A stretch of DNA of 64,000 nt from an uncultured Clostridia bacterium (GTDB lineage: Bacteria > Bacillota > Clostridia > Oscillospirales > CAG-272), in assembly GCA_944391815.1 (NCBI GenBank), contig CALXUV010000028.1:44240-108239 (forward strand), in the 5' to 3' direction. Below the pieces are notes generated by a model. It made no database searches and was not told where the DNA came from. It saw only the letters and a program-made list of their open reading frames with translations. A program made the translations under genes and the position numbers. Numbering within the stretch: the stretch's first letter is position 1; every line of letters starts with the position of its first letter. Positions 53,301 to 62,687 of this stretch are shown one piece after another.

Positions 53301-55217
53301 ACAGTATCTTCGGCAACATCCGGCAGTGTCAAAATAAACAACAGCAGAATCACATCCTCTGTTGTCGCTTATTCCGGTAGTAACATTGTTGTTACTGACT
53401 CTGTAACAGATGTAAGAGCCGGCGCACTGAGTGACAATACGCCTACCAAATTTATGTACGGCAGCGGCAAAAATGAAATTATCACGGCAGATGGTAGTAA
53501 ACCTGCCGGTAGCATCAGCGTAGAAGAAGGTTATTACCTTGTAAGACAATCTGAAAAGAAATATATTATATCCGATGGTGAAGGATACTCAACTGTAGAG
53601 CTTCCTGCAATTTTCCGGAACGGAATGGTTTTCCAGAGAAACGAGCCTATAAATGTATTCGGTACATGCTCAACCAACAATGCAGTTATTTCAGTAAAAC
53701 TCGGAGATATAATAAAACAAGCTATAGTTTCCGATGGAAGCTGGATGGTATCCTTTGATCCATTGGAAGCAACTTACGGACTGACTCTGACTGTAACTCA
53801 ATCCGATGTCAATGAATACTCCGAGCCGATTTCAATTACCGATATAGCGGTCGGTGAGGTCTGGGTGGTAAGCGGTCAGAGCAATGCCGAGTTCGAAACA
53901 TATAAAATGGAAGACTATCAGGAATACCTCGAAAACGCTGATAACTTCAATAATATCAGGGCTTTCATTGCCGACCATAATACATCGACGCAGAAATCGT
54001 CAGGTTCCGGAGTCTGGGTGAAAGTCAACTCAAACACGCTTGATAAAAACAACAGTCTGACGAAAGGTGATATCCCGGCTATTGCGTATGTCATGGCAAC
54101 AAAGCTCGCAACCGAGTTCGGTAGAGAAGTACCAGTGGCAATTATCAACGCTTCGTACAACGGAACAAGCATAAGAAGCTGGATTTCTCCGGAATTTTAT
54201 CCGGAGGAGTCTGAACGTTACAGTCCGGAAGAACTTGACGTTTACAACAGCTATAAGTCATTTTATGAGGCAAACGGAAGATATCCTTCTTCATCAGCCG
54301 AATCGGAATACTATACCGGCAATTTCAAAAATCTCACCTGCGGAAACTACTTCGGAATGCTGTCGTTTATGGAAGGATACAGCATAAAAGGTGTACTCTG
54401 GTATCAGGGATGCGGCGATTCTGACTTCGGCGATGGATATTACACGTATCTGGAAGCTTTGAAGAAAACAATGCGAAGTACTTTCGGTAATGATGAACTT
54501 CCTATACTGGTTGTTCAGTTGCACGCAAGCTACTGGGCGGGTTGCGATATATTGGCGTCTCAGAGTAAATCAGCTTCGGATGACAAAAACTGCTATCTTG
54601 TTTCGACCTTTAACGAAGGTACTCCGTTCAAACAAGCTGACTATGATCCGGATGCAAACTACAATGCCCATGTTTTCACACATCCATCAAGAAAATCTCC
54701 GGTTGGACAGCGTGCCGCCGACATTGCTCTGAAAAACATATATGGTCTCGAAGAATATGAAAATTCCGGCGAACCGATGGTTCAGAAAGTGACGGTAAGC
54801 GGTGACACTCTTGTACTTACGTTCAACCAGGAACTTTGCACTGAATACGATGTAGCTCCGACAGGATTTGAGATCGCCGGCAGTGACGGCGTGTTCTATA
54901 AGGCAAACGCGGTGCTTTCCGGCAACGTGATCACACTTAATGCCGATGAAGTTCCGGAACCCGTTACGGTGCGGTATGCTTTCGGTGACGCTCAGATTCT
55001 TCTCGAAGACGGCACAATCGTCCCGTTCAATGAGTCAATATCCGACAACAGTACATTTACTTTTACAGGTACTACAATAGTTGCTCCGGATGGAACATAT
55101 ATCTTTACACCTGATAACCCCATTGTTATAAAAACCGGTTTTGGCGGCAATCTTTACGGGATATCAGGACACGCTGTGGCGATTTTCAAACTTGACGCAG
55201 GATTTGTGGCTGCCTAA
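50394..55217 (+). CDS. giant secreted protein: signal peptide, three ~330-aa beta-helix-like repeats, C-terminal SASA/SGNH sialate-O-acetylesterase-like domain
   Basis: Repeats share NLEMYYT(N/K)..., (N)VKMTYTGEDA, DGCEF(T/Y)D.NTK; C-terminus VWVVSGQSNAEF (GQSN esterase motif). Confidence 0.8.
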   Translation: MKIRTRLLSFLMAFIIVLGGLYLPAISASPEEATLTITPENGTPTSSNGTYNEMHAKLATELNKNPTVKTEFVLKLNSSASYSTWKQLNGNTNCYVTVDLNGFTLDVTNLKNNIYTLAAPITFTVDGADEDGNRGLIINDGKCGAIVFAKGGIDPAINVTVQNLEMYYTKMDQAYEFSTDKYPDQPMCNVGAGDLTVRNVKMTFTGENAVSGDPINKPISKMTTRMIQFSGGGFLTVDSCEFYDTNTKGIQVRVFDITSSSALIENSTVNAYMPFWNNKGSIQVYNCDITSKFATTQGNGTCIFNTTITADNGNIGDPSASHHQLHFMPSPEGDNIIYTSADKLNGCVLPDGWQFVKTAEGKFVMQPDDSLEATLVTSVYKGKASYATGSADSLLNNLKNISGVTTDTVYTLTLYKNASLSTAKTITGNPYTSVIIDLNGFDLDVSKIANNIFTIYGAASSSTVGGINFTIDGADQTNTRRSKVTSTAIAGGLVYPRNETRNTDTVVMVKNLEMYYTNLSQGFCDTTSMYPNQPMFNLPKGDVTLQNVKMTYTGEDAIAVEGSKGSPSGYISDMSTPFINFGGKTLTIDGCEFTDINTKNIRTRILAVSGNAKVYVNNSSLTAYLPIIANEGTTVFISNSTLTAKSRALDGTSFVFDSQADMYVTDSVMVAPDRLATSGTTNLHFVYGEGLNRIESTGLENIGFKSDFSQVGYYFSTYADGIYMMFEDTEVGATLAVYADGKLPEFFTGSFNEMYAKLNVKPAVKTKYVLILNQDVVYTFASVDTNSNATIFIDFNGHTFSASGSNNIFQITGNYHLTIDGKDRDGNISEVICTGTAGSLVYPRANNGLNENSVIVISNLKMTYTNLSQAFSNSSPYNNQQIFHIPAGHITFNNVDMTYTGEDATTTDEVNKPLTKMVTDLVRIYGNATAVFNNCSIRDVNTKYIPAKCLVVNGNAEVVVNDCDISGGYTVSSATSGSVKINNSRITSSVVAYSGSNIVVTDSVTDVRAGALSDNTPTKFMYGSGKNEIITADGSKPAGSISVEEGYYLVRQSEKKYIISDGEGYSTVELPAIFRNGMVFQRNEPINVFGTCSTNNAVISVKLGDIIKQAIVSDGSWMVSFDPLEATYGLTLTVTQSDVNEYSEPISITDIAVGEVWVVSGQSNAEFETYKMEDYQEYLENADNFNNIRAFIADHNTSTQKSSGSGVWVKVNSNTLDKNNSLTKGDIPAIAYVMATKLATEFGREVPVAIINASYNGTSIRSWISPEFYPEESERYSPEELDVYNSYKSFYEANGRYPSSSAESEYYTGNFKNLTCGNYFGMLSFMEGYSIKGVLWYQGCGDSDFGDGYYTYLEALKKTMRSTFGNDELPILVVQLHASYWAGCDILASQSKSASDDKNCYLVSTFNEGTPFKQADYDPDANYNAHVFTHPSRKSPVGQRAADIALKNIYGLEEYENSGEPMVQKVTVSGDTLVLTFNQELCTEYDVAPTGFEIAGSDGVFYKANAVLSGNVITLNADEVPEPVTVRYAFGDAQILLEDGTIVPFNESISDNSTFTFTGTTIVAPDGTYIFTPDNPIVIKTGFGGNLYGISGHAVAIFKLDAGFVAA

Positions 55218-55309
55218 TCACAATCGCGGTTTTATTCACGTAAATGTTTAAGAAACCGACAGCTACCAAACTTTTAACATTAAGCTTTTCAGGTGAACGG
55301 AGATATGAT

Positions 55310-58300
55310 ATGAAAAAATTTCTGATACTGACTTTTACTATTATTCTTATCGTTACCCTTTCATTTATGGTTGTATCCTGCAATAACAATGATGACGAAA
55401 ATATTTACAATGAAAATGAAGGAAACGATTCATCGGATAAACCCGGTGAAAACAACGGGACCGATCCTAATGAAGCCCCCAATGACTGGGAAAACGATCA
55501 AGCCGGAAATGATTCCGGTGAAGGAAATCAGAACGAAGGCGATGCTTCCGGAAATGAACAAAATCCCGGAAGCGAGCAAAACCCCGGCGATGAAGAAGGC
55601 GATGGCAATCACGGAAGCTCTGAGGTTGATGAAGGAACACCGGATGGTGATCAGGAAAAAATTGATGCAGACGACTTGAAAAATGTAAGCTTTACCGGAA
55701 AAACAGTTGAATACACCGGAATGCCGCAGAGTATTGTGGTAAACACTACGCTGTTGCCTGAAGGAGTCAGTGTAACTTACCAAGGTAACGGAAGAACAAA
55801 TGCCGGAGTTTATACTGTCAGAGCCAAATTCTACTTTAAAGGTGAATATATCTCCGGGGCAGACAAAACCGCTGTTTTAAAAATCAATAAGGCGACTCTC
55901 AAACTGCCTCCTGAAGCTTTTTCAGATGCGATTTTCGATTTTGACGGACAGAATCATAGTATCACAATTGATGAAACCTTAATTAAACAAGGCTTTACAG
56001 TCAGCTATGAGGGAAATAATGTATATAGCATAGGAAAACACATTGTTAAAGCTGTTTTTAAAGTCAAAGATCCAGCAAATTACGAAGTTCCCGCACCTAT
56101 TACCGCAATTTTGACAATTAACCCCGGAAATTACGCTACTGAGGACCTGATTTATCAACTTAACGGCAATTCCTATGAAATTGTGGGTTATACCGGAAGT
56201 GACAAATCGGTCATAATCCCCTCTACATACGACGGTAAACCTGTAACATCTATAGCTTCGGAAGCATTCAAAGATAATAGATATATAACGTATGTTTATC
56301 TGCCGGAAACTGTAACCAATATCGGCAACAATGCCTTTAAAAATTGCTATTCTCTTGAAATATTTAATTTTGCAAAAGTACAGGTGATTGGACAGAACGC
56401 ATTTGAAAATACAAATATCAAAAAAATATCTTTGCCGGATACACTTATTTCCATCGGAAAAAGTGCTTTCAGAAACGTAAATGTCGTAAGTTTCACGCTA
56501 CCGTTTATCGGCGGCAGCGCAGACTCGTCCAACAGATATCTTGGTTTCATTTTCGGTGCGCCAAGTCATATCGCAAACTCCACTTATGTACCGTCAACAC
56601 TTGGCAGCGTCACGTTGTCTGATGCATGCGGTGAAATAGCCCCTAATGCATTTTACGGTTGCAGCAGTATCAGTGAGATCATTATTGGTGAAAACATTTC
56701 AAAAATAGGAAACGGCGCTTTTTACAAATGCACAGGGCTTAGATACATTTACCTTCCTTCATCTGTAACAAATATCCCGGCAAATGTAGCTTATATTAAT
56801 TCACCGTTCAACGGTTGTTCTGAAAAACTTTTTGTGGTTCTCGAAGGTGATATACCGGATGGATATAACAGTTATTGGAATTATATTTCCGAGTCCGAAA
56901 AGGCTTTGATTATAAAAAACGAAAGTTTTAACGACTATCTTACCAATAGAGATTCTTACGAGGATGAAGATATGAGTGAGACGGGACTTGAGGCAATTTA
57001 TCTTAACGGTGTTGCTCTGAGCGGTTTCAGCACTGCAAAACTCAACTACACCTCAGTTATGGATATTAATACGGGATATGGAACGTTAACCTATAAAACC
57101 CTCTCTCGTGTAGCTGCGGTAGAAATAACAGAAACAGAGAAAACTTTATCGTCAGTAACTGTTCGTATCAAAGTAACCGGAGGAGATCGCATCAGCGTAA
57201 CGGAATATTACATAACATTCAATGTTTCCGGCACACTCAACTCTTCAGGAAACGAAATCGTCAATAAAAACGGAACAGATGCTACCGTAACATATGTCAT
57301 AGATGACGGTGATCAGAAAACCGGTTCATTTGCCGCCGAAATGCTCGGAAAATACAGTTACCTCAATCTGAGTTTTGCTATTCCGACCAAAAATTTTGTT
57401 ACATTCAATACTGAGGAGACAGATAACGGCAAATTGCAGTACGTAATGGATGGCGACAGATATACATACACTGTCAAAAACGATGCAGTTACTTTCTGGA
57501 AAAATATACTCGACAATGCTGACGGCAGGGCTGAGATCGTCAATCATACCGATTCGCACGCATACTGGGGTCAGAATGACGACGGGGGAACGTTTACATA
57601 CGTAGACAACAACAACAACATAAAAACCGCAACGATGCCTATCGGAAGCAGTACAAAGGAAATGTACGGCGCCAATCAGGTAATTGAAGAGCTTTTTCCC
57701 AGTTACCTTTACCCCTCGATGAGCACCACAACATTCATTAATGCCGGAATAGGGGTGAAAATGGGAACTGTTACCATTGACGGAATAGTTTATCCATCAT
57801 ATTATGCTTTCTTCAAAAATGTTATAAATAAGGCTTATGCAGACGGTGAGATACTCGGAATGCGGTCAACTTTTATAGTACAGGATACTACTGGTTCAGC
57901 AAGCAAAGTCATACTTCCCGAAAATTTCAAAACAGCTGATCAGCGTCTGAATATTCCGGCGTTTATGGTTAAAGACGGACCGGGAGACAATTCCGGTAAC
58001 GGAATTGAAAACTGGACAGCTTATATTGATCACGCTATTGATCAGAATGGTTGGGCTTGCTTCTGTATTCACAACATTAGGGATGATCAGACAACGGGGC
58101 ATTACATCACAACTGCAAATGCAGACGCTCTTTTTGGATACACGGAAGATAAAAATGTATGGGTTGCCTCGATAAATGACGCTACGAAATATTATAGAGA
58201 ATGGTCAACTGCAAAACTCTCGACTGTATACCAAGGAGAAACAATCAAAGTCACACTCACAGACGGCGAAGACAACGAAATATGCGATATGGCTTTGACT

Positions 58301-58450
58301 GTGAAGATCTATACACCGGTGACGTGGGATAAGGCTATGTATAACGACACTGTGATTGATGTACATGAGGAATCAAACGGAAGACGTTATGTCCTTGTGG
58401 ATATCATTCCGGACAGCGGTGTGACTGAAATTACAGGTATTTGTGGTTAA
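55310..58450 (+). CDS. secreted protein: acidic low-complexity region, BspA-type leucine-rich repeats, C-terminal CE4 (NodB) polysaccharide deacetylase-like domain
   Basis: Signal MKKFLILTFTIILIVTLSFMVVSC; LRR units IGNNAFKNCYSLEIFNF...; CE4 motifs YVIDDGD and NHTDSHAYW. Confidence 0.75.
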   Translation: MKKFLILTFTIILIVTLSFMVVSCNNNDDENIYNENEGNDSSDKPGENNGTDPNEAPNDWENDQAGNDSGEGNQNEGDASGNEQNPGSEQNPGDEEGDGNHGSSEVDEGTPDGDQEKIDADDLKNVSFTGKTVEYTGMPQSIVVNTTLLPEGVSVTYQGNGRTNAGVYTVRAKFYFKGEYISGADKTAVLKINKATLKLPPEAFSDAIFDFDGQNHSITIDETLIKQGFTVSYEGNNVYSIGKHIVKAVFKVKDPANYEVPAPITAILTINPGNYATEDLIYQLNGNSYEIVGYTGSDKSVIIPSTYDGKPVTSIASEAFKDNRYITYVYLPETVTNIGNNAFKNCYSLEIFNFAKVQVIGQNAFENTNIKKISLPDTLISIGKSAFRNVNVVSFTLPFIGGSADSSNRYLGFIFGAPSHIANSTYVPSTLGSVTLSDACGEIAPNAFYGCSSISEIIIGENISKIGNGAFYKCTGLRYIYLPSSVTNIPANVAYINSPFNGCSEKLFVVLEGDIPDGYNSYWNYISESEKALIIKNESFNDYLTNRDSYEDEDMSETGLEAIYLNGVALSGFSTAKLNYTSVMDINTGYGTLTYKTLSRVAAVEITETEKTLSSVTVRIKVTGGDRISVTEYYITFNVSGTLNSSGNEIVNKNGTDATVTYVIDDGDQKTGSFAAEMLGKYSYLNLSFAIPTKNFVTFNTEETDNGKLQYVMDGDRYTYTVKNDAVTFWKNILDNADGRAEIVNHTDSHAYWGQNDDGGTFTYVDNNNNIKTATMPIGSSTKEMYGANQVIEELFPSYLYPSMSTTTFINAGIGVKMGTVTIDGIVYPSYYAFFKNVINKAYADGEILGMRSTFIVQDTTGSASKVILPENFKTADQRLNIPAFMVKDGPGDNSGNGIENWTAYIDHAIDQNGWACFCIHNIRDDQTTGHYITTANADALFGYTEDKNVWVASINDATKYYREWSTAKLSTVYQGETIKVTLTDGEDNEICDMALTVKIYTPVTWDKAMYNDTVIDVHEESNGRRYVLVDIIPDSGVTEITGICG

Positions 58451-58501
58451 TAATTTAGGACAGAGAACTGATATATAATAAATAAAATCCATATAATCAA
58501 A

Positions 58502-58552
58502 ACGGTCATTAACAAAAGCAAACTCAGCATTTGTTAATGACCGTCTTTTTTG
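58502..58552 (+). terminator. rho-independent terminator (15-bp stem)
   Basis: acggtcattaacaaa...tttgttaatgaccgt CTTTTTTG. Confidence 0.75.
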
Positions 58553-59349
58553 TCTTATAAAAAAGAAAATATTATGACAATAAAAATGGTGTATGGCACG
58601 AATGTGCAAAGAGCGTTCCGCCGGTCAGAAGGAGTTGAACGTCCCTTGAAGTGAGTTGTGAGATAATTAATCTGCAATTTTTCCGCATTTTCATTTCAGG
58701 CGATCTGTAATGAAGGTTTATAATCGCTAAAATTAATGCGATTTTGATTATAACACGATAAAATTTGCTCGGATGTAGTGATATGTTAGTTCACTGAGCA
58801 TAACTTTTTCGATGCGAGCTTTGCAGTTATCAGGAAAAAGTTCGGATTATTTGAATTTGGTATACCATGGTAATAGTTTTTTTATGACAATTGAAAAATG
58901 TGGTCAATGACTTTGAAAACAGGGAAAATAGCCCTGTTTTAATGGCTTTTTATTTTAACCATCCGTTGTTTTGTAACTATTAATCATACTGTTGTCATCT
59001 GCTAAAATTGCCTTTCCGCACTATTTCGTAATAATACTTGATTTTTGACATATTTTGTATTAAAATAAATATGTATTATTGAATCTATCAGGATTACAAA
59101 GAAATACAATAATTGAATCAAATTCCTTAACGTTGGACTTTAAGCTTAAAGATACATCCTGAAATTTTTTTGAGCATTCGTTGCAGCTGACGGTATCTGA
59201 CACGCATATCACATGATGAGTTTCATTAGATTTCGATGATTCCGCCCAACGCATCAATACATTTTTCAATTCCTTGTAAACTGAGCTTTGAGGCAACAAA
59301 GGAAAAGCATAAAAACAGAATTAAACAAAACTTACAGAAAGGAGTGTGA

Positions 59350-60609
59350 ATGATGTCCTCATATAGCGAGCTTATTAAGAACTTTGAAAAAATCAGAGCA
59401 TATATGCGCGATTTCTACGTTTATGGTTTCAAGAGTCGTGACGACTTTAAGTCCAAAAGTGCGCGTTCTTATGATGACGAGCGCCGACGTATTGAAAGCT
59501 GGCTTGGCGATAATATGAGTTTTGTTCGCACCCCGGAAGGTAAAAACGTTTTTATTTCCATTGACAGCCGAACTATACGGCACAATCCGCTTTACAAAGC
59601 TTGGAAAGCAAAGAGCTTTACCGACGGTGATATCACATTGCATTTCATTATCTTTGACATTCTTCATGATCCGGCTGTTAAACGCACTGTTTCTGAGTTG
59701 CTCGCAGAGATCGATGAGAAATATCTGTCAGACTTTGAAAGCCCTATGATGTTCGACGAATCTACCGTTCGCAAAAAGCTTAGGGAATACTGCGAAGCCG
59801 GAATTATCGTGGCAGAAAAAGAAGGACGAAAGGCATATTATCGCAGAGCTGATTCCACCGATATTTCCGACCTTAACGATGTTCTTCATTATTTTTCGGA
59901 GGTTGCTCCTTGCGGTGTGATCGGATCGTTTATACTCGATAAAGAGGAATCAGACACAGATTCGTTTACCTTTAAGCATCATTACATAACCTGTGCAATC
60001 GACAGCGGTGTTCTGGCAGCCTTATTTACAGCTATGCGGGAAAAGCGGGCGGTGACAATATCCAATATGAGCCGCCTTAAAGACTTGCCAAGACTAAATC
60101 GAATTGTCCCGCTTCGCGTGTTCATAAGCGTACAAAGCGGCAGACAGCATTTATTAGCGTATCTTCCTGAATACAATTCATTCCATTCCTACCGTGTGGA
60201 TTACTTATCAAACGTAAAGTTAGAAGAACCGACTCCTCGCTTTGACGAACTTCGCGCGGAGCTTGACAGAATGCAAGGCAAGATGTGGGGAGTGAGCGTC
60301 AAACGTAATAAATGGGGCGTAGACCACCTTGAACACGTGGAATTTACCGTCAAAGTGAAAGACAATGAGGAATATATCGTGGGGCGCCTTGAACGCGAAA
60401 AAAGAGTCGGAACGGTCGAAAAACTTGACGATAATACATATCGTTTTTCTGCAGATGTTTACGATTCAAGCGAGATGATACCTTGGATAAGAACATTTAT
60501 CTGCCGTATAGTAAAAATGAACTTTTCCAATCGCAGTGTAGGGAACAGATTCAAAAAGGATTTGGAAGTTATGTATCGGATGTACAATGTAGAGGAGGTG
60601 AGCGAATGA
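59350..60609 (+). CDS. WYL-domain protein A (N-terminal extra domain, wHTH, WYL, C-terminal extension)
   Basis: wHTH-like STVRKKLREYCEAGIIVAEKEGRKAYY; WYL core GRQHLLAYLPEYNSFHSYRVDYL. Confidence 0.6.
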   Translation: MMSSYSELIKNFEKIRAYMRDFYVYGFKSRDDFKSKSARSYDDERRRIESWLGDNMSFVRTPEGKNVFISIDSRTIRHNPLYKAWKAKSFTDGDITLHFIIFDILHDPAVKRTVSELLAEIDEKYLSDFESPMMFDESTVRKKLREYCEAGIIVAEKEGRKAYYRRADSTDISDLNDVLHYFSEVAPCGVIGSFILDKEESDTDSFTFKHHYITCAIDSGVLAALFTAMREKRAVTISNMSRLKDLPRLNRIVPLRVFISVQSGRQHLLAYLPEYNSFHSYRVDYLSNVKLEEPTPRFDELRAELDRMQGKMWGVSVKRNKWGVDHLEHVEFTVKVKDNEEYIVGRLEREKRVGTVEKLDDNTYRFSADVYDSSEMIPWIRTFICRIVKMNFSNRSVGNRFKKDLEVMYRMYNVEEVSE

Positions 60610-61517
60610 TATTCAGAGAGCTTTACTCCGCATATTACAATACGGTTGCCGCTATTATTTCGAGCATCATTGACGGTGAGCACTCTGAAAAGGAACTGCA
60701 AAAAATAGTAGCTGACCGTGCATTCGGTGAGAGTGTGTTGGTGATCCTACCTTCACTCAAAACTGAGAAATGGCAGCTTGTGCATCCCGATATGACCACC
60801 TCACTTGAACACAAGCCAACTATGCCGCTGACCACTCTTCAAAAGCAGTGGCTGAAAGCGATTTCGCTTGATCCGCGCGTAAAATTATTTGGTGTGAAAT
60901 TTCCCGATCTTGAGGAAGCAGAACCTCTTTTCACCTCTGCGGATTATCACGTTTGCGATAAATACGGTGACGGAGATCCGTTTGAGGATGAAGAATACAT
61001 AAGACATTTTCGAATCATTTTAGAGGCTATACGGAAAGGTTCTCAGATCAAGTTCGAAATGGTCAACCGTAAGGGCAACATGATGTTCGTGAGATGTCGT
61101 CCCGTGCGACTTGAGTACTCGGAAAAAGACGATAAGTTCAGAGTGATCACAGCGGGATGTCGTGCTGTTTCAACTGTTAACCTTGCCAATATAAGATTCT
61201 GTGCGCATTATACCGGAGAAAGACAGTCGGTTGGAGAGGAAAAAGCGGTAATATACGACACTGTCACCGTGAAGATTCGCGACGAGCGAAACGCAATGGA
61301 GCGATTCATGCTCCATTTTGCCCATTTTGAAAAGCAAGCCGAAAAACTTGACAGAAAAAATTATTTCGTGAAAATTAAATATGCGCACGATGATGAATCA
61401 GAAATGGTGATAAGGATCCTTTCATTCGGACCGATGGTAGAGGTTACCGGATCAGAGTCCTTCAAAAAATTAATCATCGAAAAGCTGAAAGAACAGTTAA
61501 ACTACGGATTAAAATAG
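60606..61517 (+). CDS. WYL-like domain protein B, translationally coupled to A (ATGA overlap)
   Basis: DDKFRVITAGCRAVSTVNLANIRF core; no obvious HTH. Confidence 0.45.
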   Translation: MIFRELYSAYYNTVAAIISSIIDGEHSEKELQKIVADRAFGESVLVILPSLKTEKWQLVHPDMTTSLEHKPTMPLTTLQKQWLKAISLDPRVKLFGVKFPDLEEAEPLFTSADYHVCDKYGDGDPFEDEEYIRHFRIILEAIRKGSQIKFEMVNRKGNMMFVRCRPVRLEYSEKDDKFRVITAGCRAVSTVNLANIRFCAHYTGERQSVGEEKAVIYDTVTVKIRDERNAMERFMLHFAHFEKQAEKLDRKNYFVKIKYAHDDESEMVIRILSFGPMVEVTGSESFKKLIIEKLKEQLNYGLK

Positions 61518-61520
61518 CAA

Positions 61521-61548
61521 AAAGCTCTCATTTGAGGGCTTTTTTATT
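61521..61548 (+). terminator. rho-independent terminator after WYL pair
   Basis: agctctc attt gagggct TTTTTTATT. Confidence 0.6.
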
Positions 61549-61694
61549 GTTTTCGCAGATTTTTTTCCGTGAAAAAAAGTGAATTGAATGGTAAAATATG
61601 CTTGCAAGGTTACTTCAAGCGAGTGTTTGAGTCAATCCTTCACAGCGGTGCACGAGGATATTCCAAAGTGTATGCCGGAAGAACTTTTGCACTT

Positions 61695-61742
61695 TGAGCC
61701 TTTCAAGCTCGTTATTCGCGGGTTCAAATCCCGCCGTATGCA
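61695..61742 (+). ncRNA. tRNA-Glu(UUC)-like 3' half: anticodon arm, variable loop, T arm, acceptor 3' strand; no 5' half
   Basis: tgagc CTTTCAA gctcg / ttattc / gcggg TTCAAAT cccgc / cgtatgc a. Confidence 0.45.
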
Positions 61743-62004
61743 ATTACAGCATATCGCCGGTGGTATGGATTTGTCCTTCGGGACGCAAAAAACGGTACCC
61801 GGAAGCATGCTTTCGGGTGCGAGAACGTTTTTATTCTGACATCAGTTATCATTCGGCAAAGAGAGAAATGCGTCTGCAGATTTCTCGGCGCAATGCAAAA
61901 GCAAGCCCTGCCTGTTGATGGATACCGTGCTATCCAAATTGGTGCCAAAAGGAATCTTTCCGCACCATGCCGGAAACACTTAAATCTTCAGCCGCTGCTT
62001 TTGC

Positions 62005-62670
62005 ATGAGTGATAACGGGATCAAACCAATTATGATTGGAGTGATAATAATGCTTTTCTTCTTCAAATCAAAAAGAAATCAACTGTTATCAAAGCTTATA
62101 AAAGCATTTCCAAAAGAATATAGATCAGATGTTGAAGCAGTTTGCAATACCTTGACACTAAAAAGCAAGGCATACAGTGGCGCATTGTATAGTGATGAAA
62201 CAACCGAATGGAGCTTACTCTCGGGTGAGAAAATAGAGATTCCATATCGTGTTTATTTAAGTGACAAATTGATTTTTCAAAACAAACTTACGGCGCAGCA
62301 ACAAGTGATCTACCATTGCATTTTTTCAAGAAGCTATGATGGATACGTCCGTCAAAAGCATATAGAAGCTTTGCTTGATTCTGATACGCCGGAATGGGCA
62401 ATGCCGTATATCGTAAAGATTTGCGACGAATATGTAAAAGAAATTTTGGATACTGTCTATCAAAAATTGAAAGCAAGAAATTGTGAAAGATATAAAGCGC
62501 TTTGCCAGCTGAATTTTGATTATTTCAAATTAGGTCATTGCCGCATGATCAGCTATTGGAATGAATATTACCGATACGATTGTTACAAATACAAAGAGTA
62601 TCTCGGAAAAAAACTTTACGGCGAGTGCTTTGGTTATAATAAGACCGGACAAAAATCTATTCAATTCTGA
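62005..62670 (+). CDS. Cys-rich protein with N-terminal membrane anchor, unknown function
   Basis: MIGVIIMLFFF anchor; 9 Cys in C-half. Confidence 0.45.
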   Translation: MSDNGIKPIMIGVIIMLFFFKSKRNQLLSKLIKAFPKEYRSDVEAVCNTLTLKSKAYSGALYSDETTEWSLLSGEKIEIPYRVYLSDKLIFQNKLTAQQQVIYHCIFSRSYDGYVRQKHIEALLDSDTPEWAMPYIVKICDEYVKEILDTVYQKLKARNCERYKALCQLNFDYFKLGHCRMISYWNEYYRYDCYKYKEYLGKKLYGECFGYNKTGQKSIQF

Positions 62671-62687
62671 AGAAAGGTTTACATACT

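Noticed and set aside
59060-59299. 79-aa minus-strand ORF with CxxC pairs in the 900-bp gap before the WYL pair
   Set aside because: No RBS; AT-rich intergenic region with two terminator-like hairpins (58502-58552, about 58915-58960); the Cys spacing could be coincidence.
61588-61948. Three mutually overlapping small ORFs (83, 74, 74 aa) on both strands
   Set aside because: They overlap a GC-rich hairpin-dense segment with a tRNA-like T arm and a UUCG hairpin; interpreted as RNA structure, not coding.
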